From NCBI GenBank assembly GCA_951406725.2, contig OX597830.1, positions 34,410,001 through 34,474,000 of the forward strand: DNA of 64,000 bases, in the 5' to 3' direction. Source of the DNA: Octopus vulgaris (lineage: Eukaryota). The stretch's first letter is position 1. Every line of letters starts with the position of its first letter. Below the pieces are notes generated by a model. That model did no database searches and was not told the origin of the DNA. It saw only the letters and a program-made list of their open reading frames with translations. Position numbers and translations under genes: made by a program. Below, piece by piece: positions 13,355 through 27,250 of the stretch.

Positions 13355-14032
13355 AATATGTGTGTGTGTATATATATACATGTATATAGATGTATATATG
13401 TATGTGCATATCTATACGCTCATATATGTGTGTATATATATCCATGCATGTATGTGAGACACCATAACAAGAATATGCATGCATAGAACATTCGAACGTG
13501 AAAAATAAAGTACACACATTAACTATAAGGAATAAATACAAAAGCAAAAAGTGAAACATAAAATACAAAAGTTAACCAAATAAAAATAACATACAAAAGT
13601 AACCAAGTAAGTAAAGACACAAAAAATCAATAAAACATCCTGAAAATCTTGCATGCTGTTGTTTAACTAGTTGTGTGCCAATTAACTTTGGTTTCAGTCA
13701 ATTTTCTTTCTTTTTACTCTAACCTGGCACATATTCAGAATGCTTATATATCCAAGCCAATTATTTTTATTTTCTCTACCATATAAGCAATCATTCTACT
13801 TTCACTTTCATATATATATATATATGCATATATGTGTGTGCTTGTGTGTATGCATGTGCATATATATATATACACATATATATGTGTGTCTGTGTGTATG
13901 TATATATGTCTATATGTGTATATATGCATGTGTATATATATATATGTCTATATATACGTGTATATATATATATACACATATCTATATTATATGTATATAT
14001 ATATATATTATATGTATTTGTATATATATATC

Positions 14033-14100
<68 letters not shown>

Positions 14101-14554
14101 AGTATCTATGTATATTCTTGATTTTCCTCTCACACTCTATTTCCATATGTTTCTCTGTCTTTGTATCTCCCTCTCTGTCATGATTTCTGGTTCTTCCTTT
14201 TCTTCTCTTTTCTTCTAACAAGACATTTCTGTGATAATAGAATTTTAGTTTTTTCAAATTACCTCTTGGAATTGCTTTGCATTGGTTTATAATTCACGTT
14301 AGAAATTATAATTCTTTTCCCTCAATTCCACTCTTCTCATTATTGTCATCAATTTTGTTTAGCTGGAGTTCAGTTTCTGTTACTTTTTGTAATATTTTTC
14401 TTTCTTTTTAAAGATGTGTGTATGTGTGTGGGAGCGAGGGGCAACAGTGGGTGGGGGATGCATTTTTTTTCTCTTTCCCGCTGATGCTACTGTTGTTGCT
14501 AATGATGCTGATGCTGTTGTTGATGTCATTACTGTTCCTTGCCATTGCTTTCTA

Positions 14555-14605
<51 letters not shown>

Positions 14606-14615
14606 TGTGTGTGTG

Positions 14616-14679
<64 letters not shown>

Positions 14680-14684
14680 ATGTG

Positions 14685-14733
<49 letters not shown>

Positions 14734-15201
14734 TGTATCACTTGTTTTTGTTATTGTGTCATCGCATTCAAAATTGATGTTATACAGGAAAGAATTTCAA
14801 TGTACCATCTAATTATGTTGCGTAGTCTTTTGCTTTTATACATTTTCTATATTTTTGATTGAAGAATATATTAATTACTAGGAAAATCAAAGATGTGACG
14901 GTGTTGTTGACGGTGCTGGTGGGGAGGAAATATCTTCATTGTGAACTTTTTTTTTTCCTTCACCGTCAGCAAAGGTTAAAGCAGTCACCTTGTAAGAAAA
15001 TACATTATTCTATATTTTAGTCACATTATATAAAGTAATGGAGCAAGAAATTTTTAATTTTTCTTCCTGTTTTATTTTTTCCCCCTGTCCTTTTTTTTTA
15101 TCTATCTATATATTTGCTTTTGTTATTTCATTTCTGTTGTTTGCTTTCTTAACTTCCATTTAATACATACATATATATATAATACATACATACATACATA
15201 C

Positions 15202-15261
<60 letters not shown>

Positions 15262-15709
15262 TCTTTAATTTTTTTATAAATATATTTTTTCTTTAGCTCT
15301 CAGTAATATATACTTAAAAATTAATGTAAAAATTTGAAAATAAAAATAAATAATAGCAATATTCAAAATGAAGGTAAATATGAACAGAGGTGAGTTACTA
15401 GCAATTATAGTCTATTTTCACGGTAAATAAACATTTTGCTATCTTCTCTTTTCTAAGGAGACCCAGATATTTTGAAATCCTAAATCCTTTCAATTGTTTT
15501 CAGAAAGTCAACCAGTAAGTCCGACATCAAAGTAAACAATTTCTGTAGGACAGTTGTATGTTATAATATAGATAGTAATTGAATATGAAAAAAATTGTTT
15601 ATGCATTGGTTTCACCATCCTTCAATAGTAAACATTGGTTATGACATAGTAAACCAAGTTAACCTCTGCTTTTGTGAATGGAATTTGGTCGATGGAAGTA
15701 GTCTTTATG

Positions 15710-15892
15710 TCGGTTGTGTGGCTATGTGTTTAAGAAGTGCACTTTTGACCCACATGACCCTTGGTTCGGTCCCAGCATCCTATACTGTTAGATACCATTT
15801 TTTACTGCAGCTGTGAATGAGTCAACCAATATCTTGTGAATTTTGAAAATTAGATTGTTAGATTGAAACTGAAGACATTTGTTGTGTGTGTG

Positions 15893-15970
<78 letters not shown>

Positions 15971-15973
15971 GTA

Positions 15974-16027
<54 letters not shown>

Positions 16028-16155
16028 CAGGAGTGGCTGCATACCAACCACATGGTCCCGGGTTCAGTCCCACCGCATGGCACCTTGGGCAAGTGTCGGG
16101 GCCGACCAAAGCCTTGTAAGTGGATTTAGTAGACGGAAAATAAAAGAAGCCCGTC

Positions 16156-16160
<5 letters not shown>
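15710..16160 (+). mobile_element. Two partial SINE family A heads separated by (TA)n
   Basis: Degenerate head 15710-15890; internally deleted younger head 16027-16160. Confidence 0.7.
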
Positions 16161-16189
<29 letters not shown>

Positions 16190-16193
<4 letters not shown>

Positions 16194-16432
16194 TCGCTTG
16201 TCACAATGCCTTTTGCATCGATTTAGCTTTTGAATGATACCACTCAACTAGTTAGGTGAGCAGGCCAATATTCCCCTCGATCGAAAGATTAGTCTGCTGC
16301 AGAGTTATCCATTTACAGCTGAGTGGACTGGAGTTAAATAAAATAAAGTGTTTTCGCTCGGTCCGGGAATCAACCCGCCCCCGATCGCTAGATCGTGAGT
16401 ACAACACCCTAACCATTAGGCCACGCGCCTTC
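16190..16432 (-). mobile_element. tRNA-derived CORE-type SINE family C
   Basis: Minus strand head gaaggcgcgtggcctaatggttagggtgttgtactcacgatc..gattcccggacc, then core aaacactttatttt...ccagtccactcagctgtaaatgg. Confidence 0.85.
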
Positions 16433-17469
16433 AAGCGTGTGTCTATGTATTAGAAAGAGGAGGTAATGTCTACGTTGTATCCAAGCTAGTATGGCTCAGG
16501 TGTGAAATATTAGCATGCACTTTGCATGCTATTGTCCCAAATATGTATTTCCTTAACTCTATGAGTAAAGAAATGGTGCCGAGTAGAGTGCTCTGCACAA
16601 TAAATACATATATGGCAGGGTCTCACATATGTATGGTAGTGGATTGTGAACCCTTAATTGATTGAGACTAATACAATTAGTCGGCAAAAATATATCCCTG
16701 TGATGGTGTTTAAAGCCTTAAAAAAACCAAGGGAAATTACTCCAGTAAGATCAGATAATCAAAATGTTGGGATGATAGAAAATCTAGTTACATATCTTTC
16801 ATCTTTATAAGGTTGAGCCAATGAAAGGGTTCCTATGTAATCGTACGTCTCTCTAAAAATAGTAATCAAATCTCAATCACATCTCAAAGAGAGACGGTGT
16901 ACATTAAACTTCTCGTATAATGACAGCTAGAATAGTTAAACTTTTGTTATGGTTTCGCCAGAGAATTAAGAATTAGAGTTCATTACATTTTTCGAATCTC
17001 TGACACTGGTATGTAGGAAAGATGAAACCAGCTCAGACCAAAGATTGTACAGCTCTAAAGAGAGCCAAATGATGTTAAACAAGATGACAAATTAAGTTTA
17101 CAACTTCAAAAACAGGAGCTGTCCCTCCTGTAGGCTTCCATACATCACAGCTTCAATCTACTAAATCTATGTGATGGTTTTGGTTCACCTGCAGTAAGAA
17201 CGAAAGTCATTTGCACGAAGTATCATATTCTGGGATCGAAGATGAATTTAGATAGTTGCGAACTGAACATCATATATACACATTTAGGCATACACCTGTA
17301 TTCCTCAAGTTCCTTGGTCTGATGCTGAACCAGAGTTGAGTTGGAAGATAAGCGTTAACAACGAGTCTCAGCGATATGCATCATGAGACAGACGCAGTTT
17401 GGATACTACAGCTAATGCGACGGACGACTGTGATTTTTTTAATTAAATTACTTAAGCTCTTCAAGATAG

Positions 17470-17663
17470 GAACTACCTATAGTAGAAATTTTTGGCACAA
17501 CGCCAGCAATTTCAGGGGTGGGGTTAAGTCAATTACATCGACCCTAGTGCTCAACTAGTACATATTTTATCAACCTCGAAAGGATGAAAGGCAACGTAAA
17601 GGCGGACGAAGTACCGCTAAGCATTTGCCCGGTGTGCTAACGATTCTGCCAGCTCGCTGCCTT
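17470..17663 (-). mobile_element. SINE family B
   Basis: Reverse complement of aaggcagcgagctggcagaatcgttagcacaccgggc...; internal deletion. Confidence 0.85.
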
Positions 17664-18711
17664 TACAACTAACATAATATTAAACACTAAAAGCACCAGT
17701 TTGAGAAAGATAAACCAAACTGGCTCACTGACGAGACAAATAAGGCAAACTGGTTCACTGATGACACAGGTAAAAGATTAAGCAGATTAGAGATACAGAT
17801 AAGAAGGATATTATAACTCACTGAATAGACAATGAAAAGAGTCTCAATTGACATCAATGTGGGCTCTGGCGAACTACAGTGAGTATGTGTTATGTCTTTC
17901 CAGTTACTGCGCAGATATTAACAAGAATATTTCCCATGTGATTTACTATGCAAATGAAACAAAACACGGCAAGTACCTTAGGCATATAGAACTGCACTTG
18001 TTGGTGCAGTAAAAGCACACGACGAAAATAAGACCACAGAGAAAAATCCTTTCTTTATTGGCAACAACCACTGCATATATAGAATACAAAATGTCCCAAA
18101 AAAGGGATCATAAAATATGTAGAAATGCGCGCCCGAGCAGACGCACACTGTAAAGGCAAAATTTTAGCCGATTGATTATGGAAATTGCTTTTTAAGCATG
18201 AAGTCTCAAGTTCGATCCCAATTCGTGGCGTTTAAATAGGTGCTATTTTCTATAGCCTCGTGGGTTTACAGAAACTGAATAGAAGCCCATTGGATTGACT
18301 GTACGTGAAATTTGAGGAGCTAATTTTGTCACACTATCACTTTGATTCCTTATAAAGTATTACAATAAAGGATCAATTACACAAAATATATATCTGGTCA
18401 GGACTCATTTCCGCTTGTACTGTGGTACCAAAGTGCGTAGCTGTGTGAAACATCAATTGAAGCTATTTTCTTATTCTTAAAGCTCATATATCTTGCACAG
18501 GTTTATGGAATAAAACACTTCTTCTGTGACTCATTGGCCAAAGCTTATGCAAGTTCTATCGTAGAGGGCGTATAGAATATTACTGCATTTTTTAAACAGT
18601 GTTATCTTCCTCTTGAATCTTTCCCAGATACTCTGAGCAAAGAGGTACTGTCGCTTGTGACAAATATCGTTCGGCTCTGTCTTATCCTTGAAGTGATTCT
18701 AGTCGAGTCGT

Positions 18712-18783
<72 letters not shown>

Positions 18784-18784
18784 C

Positions 18785-18908
18785 TTTCTATTCTAGGCAC
18801 AAGGCCTGAAATCTTAGGGGAGAGGACCTGTCAATTACAATGACTTAATTTATCTACCCCAAAACGATAAAAGGCAAAATCGACCCCGGCGGCATTTGAA
18901 CTCAGAAC

Positions 18909-18973
<65 letters not shown>

Positions 18974-19180
18974 GTTTTAAATTTGTCAGAAGGCAAGTAA
19001 TTTTGATGGGAAGTTGGTAAGTTGATTACATTAATCCCAGTAGTCAACTGGAACATATATTTTGCCGACGTCGTAAGGATGAAAGGCAAAGAGATTTCAA
19101 CAGAATCTGAACTCAGAATGTGAAAATCACAAAGAAATACTGCCAGCAATTTTGTCTGATGGACTAACGATTCTGTCAGT
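18785..19180 (-). mobile_element. Two SINE family B copies with (AAT)n tails
   Basis: Family B cores at ~18850-18910 and ~19040-19180; (AAT)n at 18713-18783 and 18910-18972. Confidence 0.75.
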
Positions 19181-19638
19181 TTATAATAAAAATGGCCATT
19201 AACAATGAGAATCGCACTACGAAGATTACACCATAATTACAGAGCATTTATCTATCTATGTATTTATCTGATCTATTTCTGTCTTTGCTTATCTTTCCTT
19301 TTATTTGTCTGGCTGTACATCTTTCTTTCTAGCTTTCTCCTTCACCTCTCTCCATCTTCCCTCCCCTTCTCTCGCTTCTCTTCCTCTCTCCTTTTCTCTC
19401 TCTGTTTATCCCTCCTTTCTCGCTCTCTCTCTCTCCCTCCTCTCCCTCTCTCAAAAAAGAATGTCTGGGGACATACAGGGAAACCAAACGAAAACAAACA
19501 TAGAGGGTAGTTTGACCAGAACGAGAGGAAAATAATGAACGCTGGGAGAAAGATTTTTTTTTAAAAAGAGAAGAGATTACAAGAGAGAGAAAAAAACACG
19601 TCTGTTCGTTTAAACGTCCGGGCAAGAAAATAAAGATG

Positions 19639-19676
19639 GTCACGTGAGGAAAAGAAAGATGGATGATGGTCATGTG
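19639..19676. promoter_or_regulatory. Paired E-box/CLEAR-like (GTCACGTGA) and M-box-like (GTCATGTG) motifs
   Basis: gtcacgtgag at 19639-19648 and gtcatgtg at 19669-19676, in unique sequence between CT- and GA-rich blocks near the CpG transition. Confidence 0.3.
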
Positions 19677-20104
19677 TGAGCAGCGAGAGAACGAGAAAGA
19701 GGAAAAGAGAAAGAGGGAGAGAGAGACAGATAGAAAACTGTGAAAGGAGGGAGGGAGAGAAAAGAGAATTGTATTTCTCCACTGTCATTTTTTTAGTTCC
19801 CAAATTTGACCCTCCAATAATCCTAAATTTTATTTTAGAATTCATGGGAGCAACTGTTTTTGATGACTCATATTGTCGTTGAATGCTCGGAATGAGGAGC
19901 AGATAGCTGATAACTGATAAAGGGTCCTTCCTCTGAGTTAACTTGTCCTGTTTTCCATCTCTTTCTCATTGTTTACGTATTTCACTCATTTTCCCGCATT
20001 TGTTTACGTGTTTCATGTTATTTGCACCGATGGTGACATCCTGAACCCTGTATGCATGTATATACATGCATACTTACATACATACATATATACATACATA
20101 CATG

Positions 20105-20136
<32 letters not shown>

Positions 20137-20161
20137 TACACACAAACATACACACACATAC

Positions 20162-20193
<32 letters not shown>

Positions 20194-20970
20194 CAGAAAA
20201 GACTGGTAGATGAAGTTCAATCACTTTATGTCAGAAGGAAATTTTGAAGAAATAATTGGCTGTTGAAGTTTCCTGCCAGAAGATTTTAATTCATTCTTTG
20301 GTATAATTTGTATGCTATATATTGAAAGAATGAAAAATACACATTAGATAAATTCATATTTTAGCTCTGTCAGTGAACCTTGATGTTATTATCAGATTAA
20401 TAAGACTTTCAAAGTTTTCCATTCTGGATTATTTTTTTCTTTTATTTACCGAACAGAAAATATTCTTTCTTTTCTTTTGTTATTTCATTTCAAATTTGAA
20501 GAGGGAAAAAATTTTTTTTTCCATTTCTGATTCCAAAAATTTAGATAATTATAATCATTTATTTATGTATTTATTAACAATTTACTTATTTCATTTTTGT
20601 CATTTTTATCTGGTAATTTTTTCTCTTCAATGATGATTATGGTTCTTACATATTTCAAATAAAATATTTTCATCATCATCATCGTCATCATCATCTCTTC
20701 TTCTCCAATTAATAATGTGATGTTCTGGCTTACTTTACCATATAACAAGGTACACGTATGTAAAACACAATTAAAAAATAAAATTATATACATACATATA
20801 TATACATATGAATACATGTATATATCTACACACACCCGTTTATGTGTGTATGAGTGTGTGTATATATGTGTGTGTATGAGTATATATACATTTTTTCTAT
20901 CTGACTCTAAGCACTCCTTTTATAAAACAAACATGTCCAATTAATTTCACAAATTAGACAAGTAACACAC

Positions 20971-21057
<87 letters not shown>

Positions 21058-21288
21058 GTAATAATAATAGTGAGGAGAAGAAGAAGAAGATAATACTGAA
21101 AGGAAAAAATGAAATGAATAATCGCAACAATGTTAAATAAATCATATTTCAAGAAATGGAAAAAATAAGAATTATACTTGCTTTATTAGCCAGAAGGTTT
21201 CATAAACACTGTGCAAAATATATGGTAAAAAGAATGCTTGAAAATACAGTTGGAGTTTTTGAAATAATTCTCTTTGCGTTTTCCTTAC

Positions 21289-21359
21289 CTGATCGGTTTC
21301 AGAATTTCATGATTTTCTTTGAGCAGAGTGGTATGGAATGTCCAGTTGCCATGCTGCAT
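21289..21359 (-). CDS. Candidate alternative first coding exon MQHGNWTFHTTLLKENHEILKPI (phase 2)
   Basis: ATG directly after an in-frame TAA, 23 open codons, CAG|gtaagg donor; the other two frames are closed. Confidence 0.3.
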
Positions 21360-21887
21360 TTATGTCAAGTCTGATTTGAATTTAACAATATGGTCTTTTT
21401 ACACGGAGATGTAATTTAAATAATCATCGGTCAAAGTGCAATTTGGTTTCTCAAAGTTGGTCATGATGCCAGTGGATCATGTGGCTGTATGAATGATAGC
21501 CGCCCCAAAAGTCAAGGTTGAATTAGAGCAGTGACTGTTTTGTATGACAACATGAATAACAATTGTGTGTTATGTCTATACGAAATCATGTGACCCTATG
21601 GACGATAATTGTTCTAAAACACAGGGGTTTGTTAATCCAGTGAATGTGCCATGTGGTAATATCCGCATCAAGTTATTTGAACAATTAAATAAAGAAAAAT
21701 AACTTTCAATATAGTTGCCTATGTATTTGTGCATGTATATGGGAACTGCAATAGTGTAATGTCACCATTTAATATGTGGTTACAGTTTATTCAGACAGGA
21801 TCCATATGTTTAATGAACATATTTTCTTTTTCTTTCTTTCTTTTATCTTTTATTTTGTTTTCTACCCATTTTTGATCTGTGGCTTTG

Positions 21888-21967
21888 TTTGAACAAGACA
21901 AAGCAGAAGGACAGGTTATTTTAGTGATTCACTAAAATAACCTGTCACTCTGCTTCAAATGTTCAAA
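21888..21967. repeat. Palindrome/hairpin with perfect 18-bp core
   Basis: gacaggttattttagtga-t-tcactaaaataacctgtc (21910-21946), extended by aagcaga/tctgctt and tttgaaca/tgttcaaa. Confidence 0.85.
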
Positions 21968-22304
21968 TGTTCACTTAATGGAATCTGTTTTGTATTAAGA
22001 TATTAGAATCTTATATTTTTCCCGATGAATATTTAGTTTGTTTTTCTCAAAGTAAATTTCATTTGTCCTATCTTTGTGACAACTATTACATTTTATAATA
22101 TAAGTGAAAGTCTTGAAAAACCTGTGGGGTTTTTTTCTTACAAAGAACATGTCCTGATATAAGTCTATAATGTGTCTCCTATAAGTTTGATGTAGATTCA
22201 GTAGTCAGAGTGACTATAATTTTTCACTATCAATCTTCGTTTTGTATTGCATAGTTGGGCACTGTTAAGTAATCTTTTAGGATTTTTTCTTGTTTTTTTT
22301 TGTT

Positions 22305-22735
22305 ATTCTTTTATTCTTTTACTTGTTTCAGTCATTTGATTGTGGCCATGCTGGAGCACCGCCTTAAAGGGTTTTAGTTGAAGAAATCGACCCCAGGATT
22401 TATTCTTTGTAAGCCTAGTACTTATCAGTCTTATTTGCTGAACCGCTAAGTTACTGGGACATAAACACACCAGCATCAGTTCTCAAGTAATAGCGGTGGT
22501 GGTGGTGGGGGGGGGGGGCAAACACAGACACAAAGACACACACACAAATATATACATATATATATATAGATTTATGATCGTCTTCTTTCAGCTTCCATCT
22601 ACTAAATCCACTTACAAAGCTTTGGTTGGCCCAAGGCTATAGTAGAAAACACCAAAGGTGCCACACAGTGGGACTGAACCTGGAACTGTGTGATAAGGAA
22701 GCAAGCTTCTTACCACAAAGTCACGCCTGCATCTA
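22305..22735 (-). mobile_element. SINE family A
   Basis: Full-length reverse-complement copy. Confidence 0.9.
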
Positions 22736-23393
22736 TATGATTATTTTGCATATTTCAGTTGATTTCTTTCCATTCTTGGATCTTATTTAAATGACGGAAT
22801 ATTCTGAGAAATACTGTCGTGTGTTTCTCTATTGTTTCAATTGTGTTTTAAGGTAAATTATTTTGAGTATCTGAATTGTTTTTATAATTTGTAATTCATG
22901 AGCATTGCTCTGGCACATCGTATTCCATTATCAATTTTTTGTTTAGTTCTGTCTTTCAAGCAGCCTTTGTTTTAATTTTTGGAGTCTTTTACTTCGAGCT
23001 TCAGAATTTCAAAAAATAAATTTTGCAATATTCTTATTAAACGTTATATTTATTTTGCTAGGCTTTGGGCAGCAAGAAATAAATAGCAAATATTGTTTAG
23101 AGTCTTCTGGCTTGAAGGGAATGTCAGTTTTGATATTTTATATCGTATATCATTTTATTCTTGTTAATTCTTGGGAGACCATACAGACTGCTGGTTTTGA
23201 ATTCAAACTTTGTGAGGTAGTTGCCTTCCTTGTTTGTTATAATTATGTGATGTAGATGAATAAAAGTGCTAAATTTCTTCATTGGAATTCTTGCTCTTAA
23301 TTAGTTACCTTTTCATTTATAATACCAACGATAAATTAGAAGCTATTTGATGATTTTTTTCGGAAAATTTTCATCACGTTTGTTGATTATATA

Positions 23394-23426
<33 letters not shown>

Positions 23427-23602
23427 GTGTGTGTGATATTTGAATTACATGTTATATCATGTTAAATGTCATACAGACCTTACATACATACATACATTTA
23501 TACGCATGCATATGCATATATTATGAATGTGTCTATTTGCTACTTACCCCTTGGAAAAAGGATATGTAGCATATAATGATGGTATCTCTGAATTATGTAA
23601 TA

Positions 23603-24038
23603 CAGTAACCACTCACCATATCACAGTTCACTTATCACACCATCAGTACATCATGGATTTTTCTGGCTAATATATGTAAATTTATATTATGGACTCCTCA
23701 ATATATCGTGGGTTTCTGGGGCTAATATACATTTATTTTTTTAGATTTTAATCATTTCTGTGGTAAAATAAGTATTATCACACTTAAAAATTAATAATTT
23801 AAGAAATAAAAATACAGTACCGTATATGAGTAAACAGAATCACACATACTATATGGAAAACAAAACTCGGGTGGTGAGTGTGTGGTGTTGTTTTGCATTT
23901 ATAATAAGATAAATGTATACAAATTATAAAAAAAATAAAACAAAATATACAGTACAGTACTGTTTCTACTTCACGGATTTTCATCTATCATGGGTGGGGA
24001 GTTGGAACATAACACCCGCGATATTCGAGGGATCACAG
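23603..24038. mobile_element. pogo/Tigger-type (Tc1/mariner superfamily) MITE
   Basis: TA-flanked imperfect TIRs: cagtaaccactcaccatatc... and ...gatattcgagggatcacag; a related end lies at ~8463. Confidence 0.6.
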
Positions 24039-25029
24039 TACTGATTTACTTAGTTATTCTTTCACTGTTACATCCACCAGTGAGCAGAATTCTATGCTGA
24101 TGCAGTCAGATTGATATGTAGACATATATAGAACTGCCTCCCATACTTACTATAGAAAATGATAATAGTATCAGTCCTTGACTAAAATTGTTTTATTATT
24201 CCCCACTATGTATTTATTTCTATCTACATTTTAATGCTGAATACTTTAACTATGTTCATATTTACTTATCTGTTAGGCTTATGTACAGATGTCTCCACTG
24301 AACTATTTAATCACAAAACAATAATTTTATTTACCAAAGGCAACAAGCTTATAATTGTATATATTTAGTTATTGACAAATGCACCTGCTCTTGTACTGTG
24401 CAGCAGTAGTTGTTCTTGCTGTTATTATTGATGATGATGATGATGATGATGATGACAACTTTATGGTGGTAATGGAAAAATAAAGAAGAAGTAACAAACA
24501 ATAAGTACTAAAGGTATTTATTTATGAATTATTTCACATTAAGTATCTAGTTAATATAAAAGTTGAGAAAGTTTTTCACACTATAAAATACGTCTCTCAG
24601 CGTACACAATTTCTTTTTTCTCTTTTTGGCTTTGGTTTTCTGTCTCTGTACTCATAATATTGTCTATATCTTGATAAAGTTATGTGCAATTATTTGTTTG
24701 CAAATCGTATATGAATTTAGGGGAAAAATCATATAAAATGATTGCGATCATCACAGGATTTCTATGGAACATATGTGGAAGTTCTTGGTAGCATATTGAT
24801 TAAAGATAACCTTTGCTAACTACGTGCACACACTACAGATCAAAGAAAATAAAACAGAAGTAATTTTCTTTTAATATGAAACATCATATAGCCACTACAC
24901 AGTAACAGCACCACCAACAATATCATCATCTTCATCATCATAACTATCATCATCATAACCATAATCAGTTTTAGTCATAATTTCCAAAGCTAGAAAAGGT
25001 TCCAACTGGGGCTTCTGTGGTCTTGCAAC

Positions 25030-25370
25030 TTGTTACAGTCACTTGCAGTCACCTTTGTAGCATCCAATATATTAAGATCAGTCTTAACCACACCTTTCCA
25101 CTTTACCTCTGTCTTCTAGTCTTCCTTTTCTGCAGCTTCCGGCCACTTGAATTACTTGGCCCTCCTTCACAATAATACAGATGTTCTATTGGTACCAGTG
25201 AAGTCTTCTCACTCTATGCTCTTTTTTTTCTTCTCTGCCCATTACTATTCTCTTAACTTATCTATCCTCTGTCATTAAAGCATGCATACATCAAACAATC
25301 CCTGAAGCATACTCACCTCATTTCATTCCAGCCTTTGCACATGATAACATATTTGGTACCTATGTCTTCA
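25030..25370 (-). mobile_element. Decayed RTE-like LINE ORF2 C-terminal fragment
   Basis: Minus-strand reading resembles G.C.KGR..KTW..VVK.DL..L, the usual RTE C-terminus; multiple indels. Confidence 0.4.
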
Positions 25371-25439
25371 GACATAATTATCCTACAAAGAAGTTGACTT
25401 CTCAACAGCATCGTTTAGAGTTCAGTCCCAATGCATGGC

Positions 25440-26020
25440 AAGGGTAAAGGTAAGGTTATATATTCCCCACATAGATGGGATACGGGTCCATCGCAGAGTC
25501 ACTCACTTTTGCCAGCTGAGTGGTCTGGAAAAACGTGAAATGAAGTGTTTTGCTCAAGAACACAACGCATCGCCCGGTCCAGGAATTGAAATCACAAGCT
25601 AACAATCATGAGTACAACATCCTAACCACTAAGCTACCCATTTCACATTTCCATTGCATGGCACGTTGATAATTGTCTTCTACTATAGCCCTGAGCTGAT
25701 TCATACCATCTGAGTGGAAATGGTTGATATGAACAGAATCTTGTCCTGCACGTATATATATATATATATATATATATAATAAATGCGCCCTTTTAAAGCC
25801 TAGCCAGGCTCATGGGCCCACTTTACCGGTTTCAATGGCGTATGTGTTCCCCAGCTGGACGGGACGCCAGTCCATCGCAGCGTTACTCATTTTTGCCAGC
25901 TGAGTGGACTGGATCAACATGAAATGAAGTGTTTTGCTCAAGGACGCAACGCGTTGCCCGGTCCAGGAATCGAAACCACAATCTTACGATCATGATGCTG
26001 ACACCCTAACCATGCGCGTC

Positions 26021-26077
<57 letters not shown>

Positions 26078-26421
26078 TCGTCGTCGTCGTAACCCCTTCG
26101 GACATAAAGGATCTTGGGATTGCACCTAGAAAATTACCCTCCCAGGCACAAGTCTGGGCAAGATTATTTATGGAAGACCAGCAGTCGACCATGTATACCA
26201 GCCTCCCCGCTCCACGCCACCGATGTTATCCAAGGGAAAGGCAAAGGCCAATACAGCTTGGCACCCGTGACGTCGCAACTTATTTCTATACCTGAGTCAA
26301 CTGGAGCAACGTGAAATAAAGTGACTTGCTCAAGAACACAACACACAACCCAGTCAGGGAATCGAACTTATAACCTCACGATCGTACGCTCGACACTCTA
26401 ACCACTGAGCCATGCGCCTTC
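25440..26421 (-). mobile_element. Cluster of three SINE family C copies (25440-25640, 25782-26020, 26085-26421) with different tails
   Basis: Shared head/core (gagtggactggagcaacgtgaaat.aagtg..ttgctcaagaacacaac); the first copy is nested in a degenerate family A head. Confidence 0.85.
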
Positions 26422-26431
26422 ATATATCTAT

Positions 26432-26591
26432 AACTTCATTAGCTTACAGCTGTTTCTGCTACAAAACGAATTGGATTCATTGTTGGGTGCCTGACTAACT
26501 TCATGTTTGAAGCGCCAAAGAAGCTACAAAGTGTTATTCAGGCACTCAACTATGCATCTCTAGGCAGAAACAGCTGTCAGCTAATGAAGTT
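26432..26591. mobile_element. Inverted-repeat element whose arms are hammerhead 3' halves
   Basis: 28-bp arms aacttcattagcttacagctgtttctgc / gcagaaacagctgtcagctaatgaagtt; inner arms gttgggtgcctga / tcaggcactcaac. Confidence 0.65.
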
Positions 26592-26619
26592 TATTTCTTT
26601 GTATTCTCCTTTTCATATA

Positions 26620-26831
26620 TATTCTTTTATTCTTTTACTTGTTTCAGTCATTTGACTGCGGCCATGCTGGAGCACCTCCTTTAGTCGAGTAAATCGACTC
26701 CAGGACGTATTCTTTGTAAGCCTAGTACTTATTCTATCGGTCTCCTTTGCTGAACTGTAATGCTACGTGGACGTGTAACACACCATGCAATGTTGTAAGG
26801 ACAAACATACACACAAACATATACAGACACA

Positions 26832-26874
<43 letters not shown>

Positions 26875-27036
26875 GATGGGCTTCTTTCAGTTTCCATCTA
26901 CCAAATCCACTCACAAGGCTTTGGTTGGCCCAAGGCTATCGGAGAAGGCAATTGCCCAAGGTGACACACAGTGGAACTGAACCTTGAACCATGTGGTGGG
27001 GAAGCAGCAGCTTACCACACAGCCACGGCTGCACCT
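26620..27036 (-). mobile_element. SINE family A
   Basis: Full-length reverse-complement copy. Confidence 0.9.
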
Positions 27037-27250
27037 ATTTATATATATATAGAGTATTGATATAAAAATTTTATAAATTTTCAAGGGAATGTGAATTAAT
27101 TCTTTCTTAAAATATCATGAAGCACACGCAAAAAGTTGCAAATAGTGGCAGGGAAAATATTAGGTTGAAAAATCCCTTTAGGATGCCCTGGGATTTGAAC
27201 CAACATCTACTGTTGACATTTGAGCAAAGGTCAAGACAGCTATAACTTAC

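Noticed and set aside
19790-20050. Possible pLTR-like repeat with CTGATAA...agttaact
   Set aside because: Core and GAAA are both degenerate; a ribozyme fold cannot be supported from this copy.
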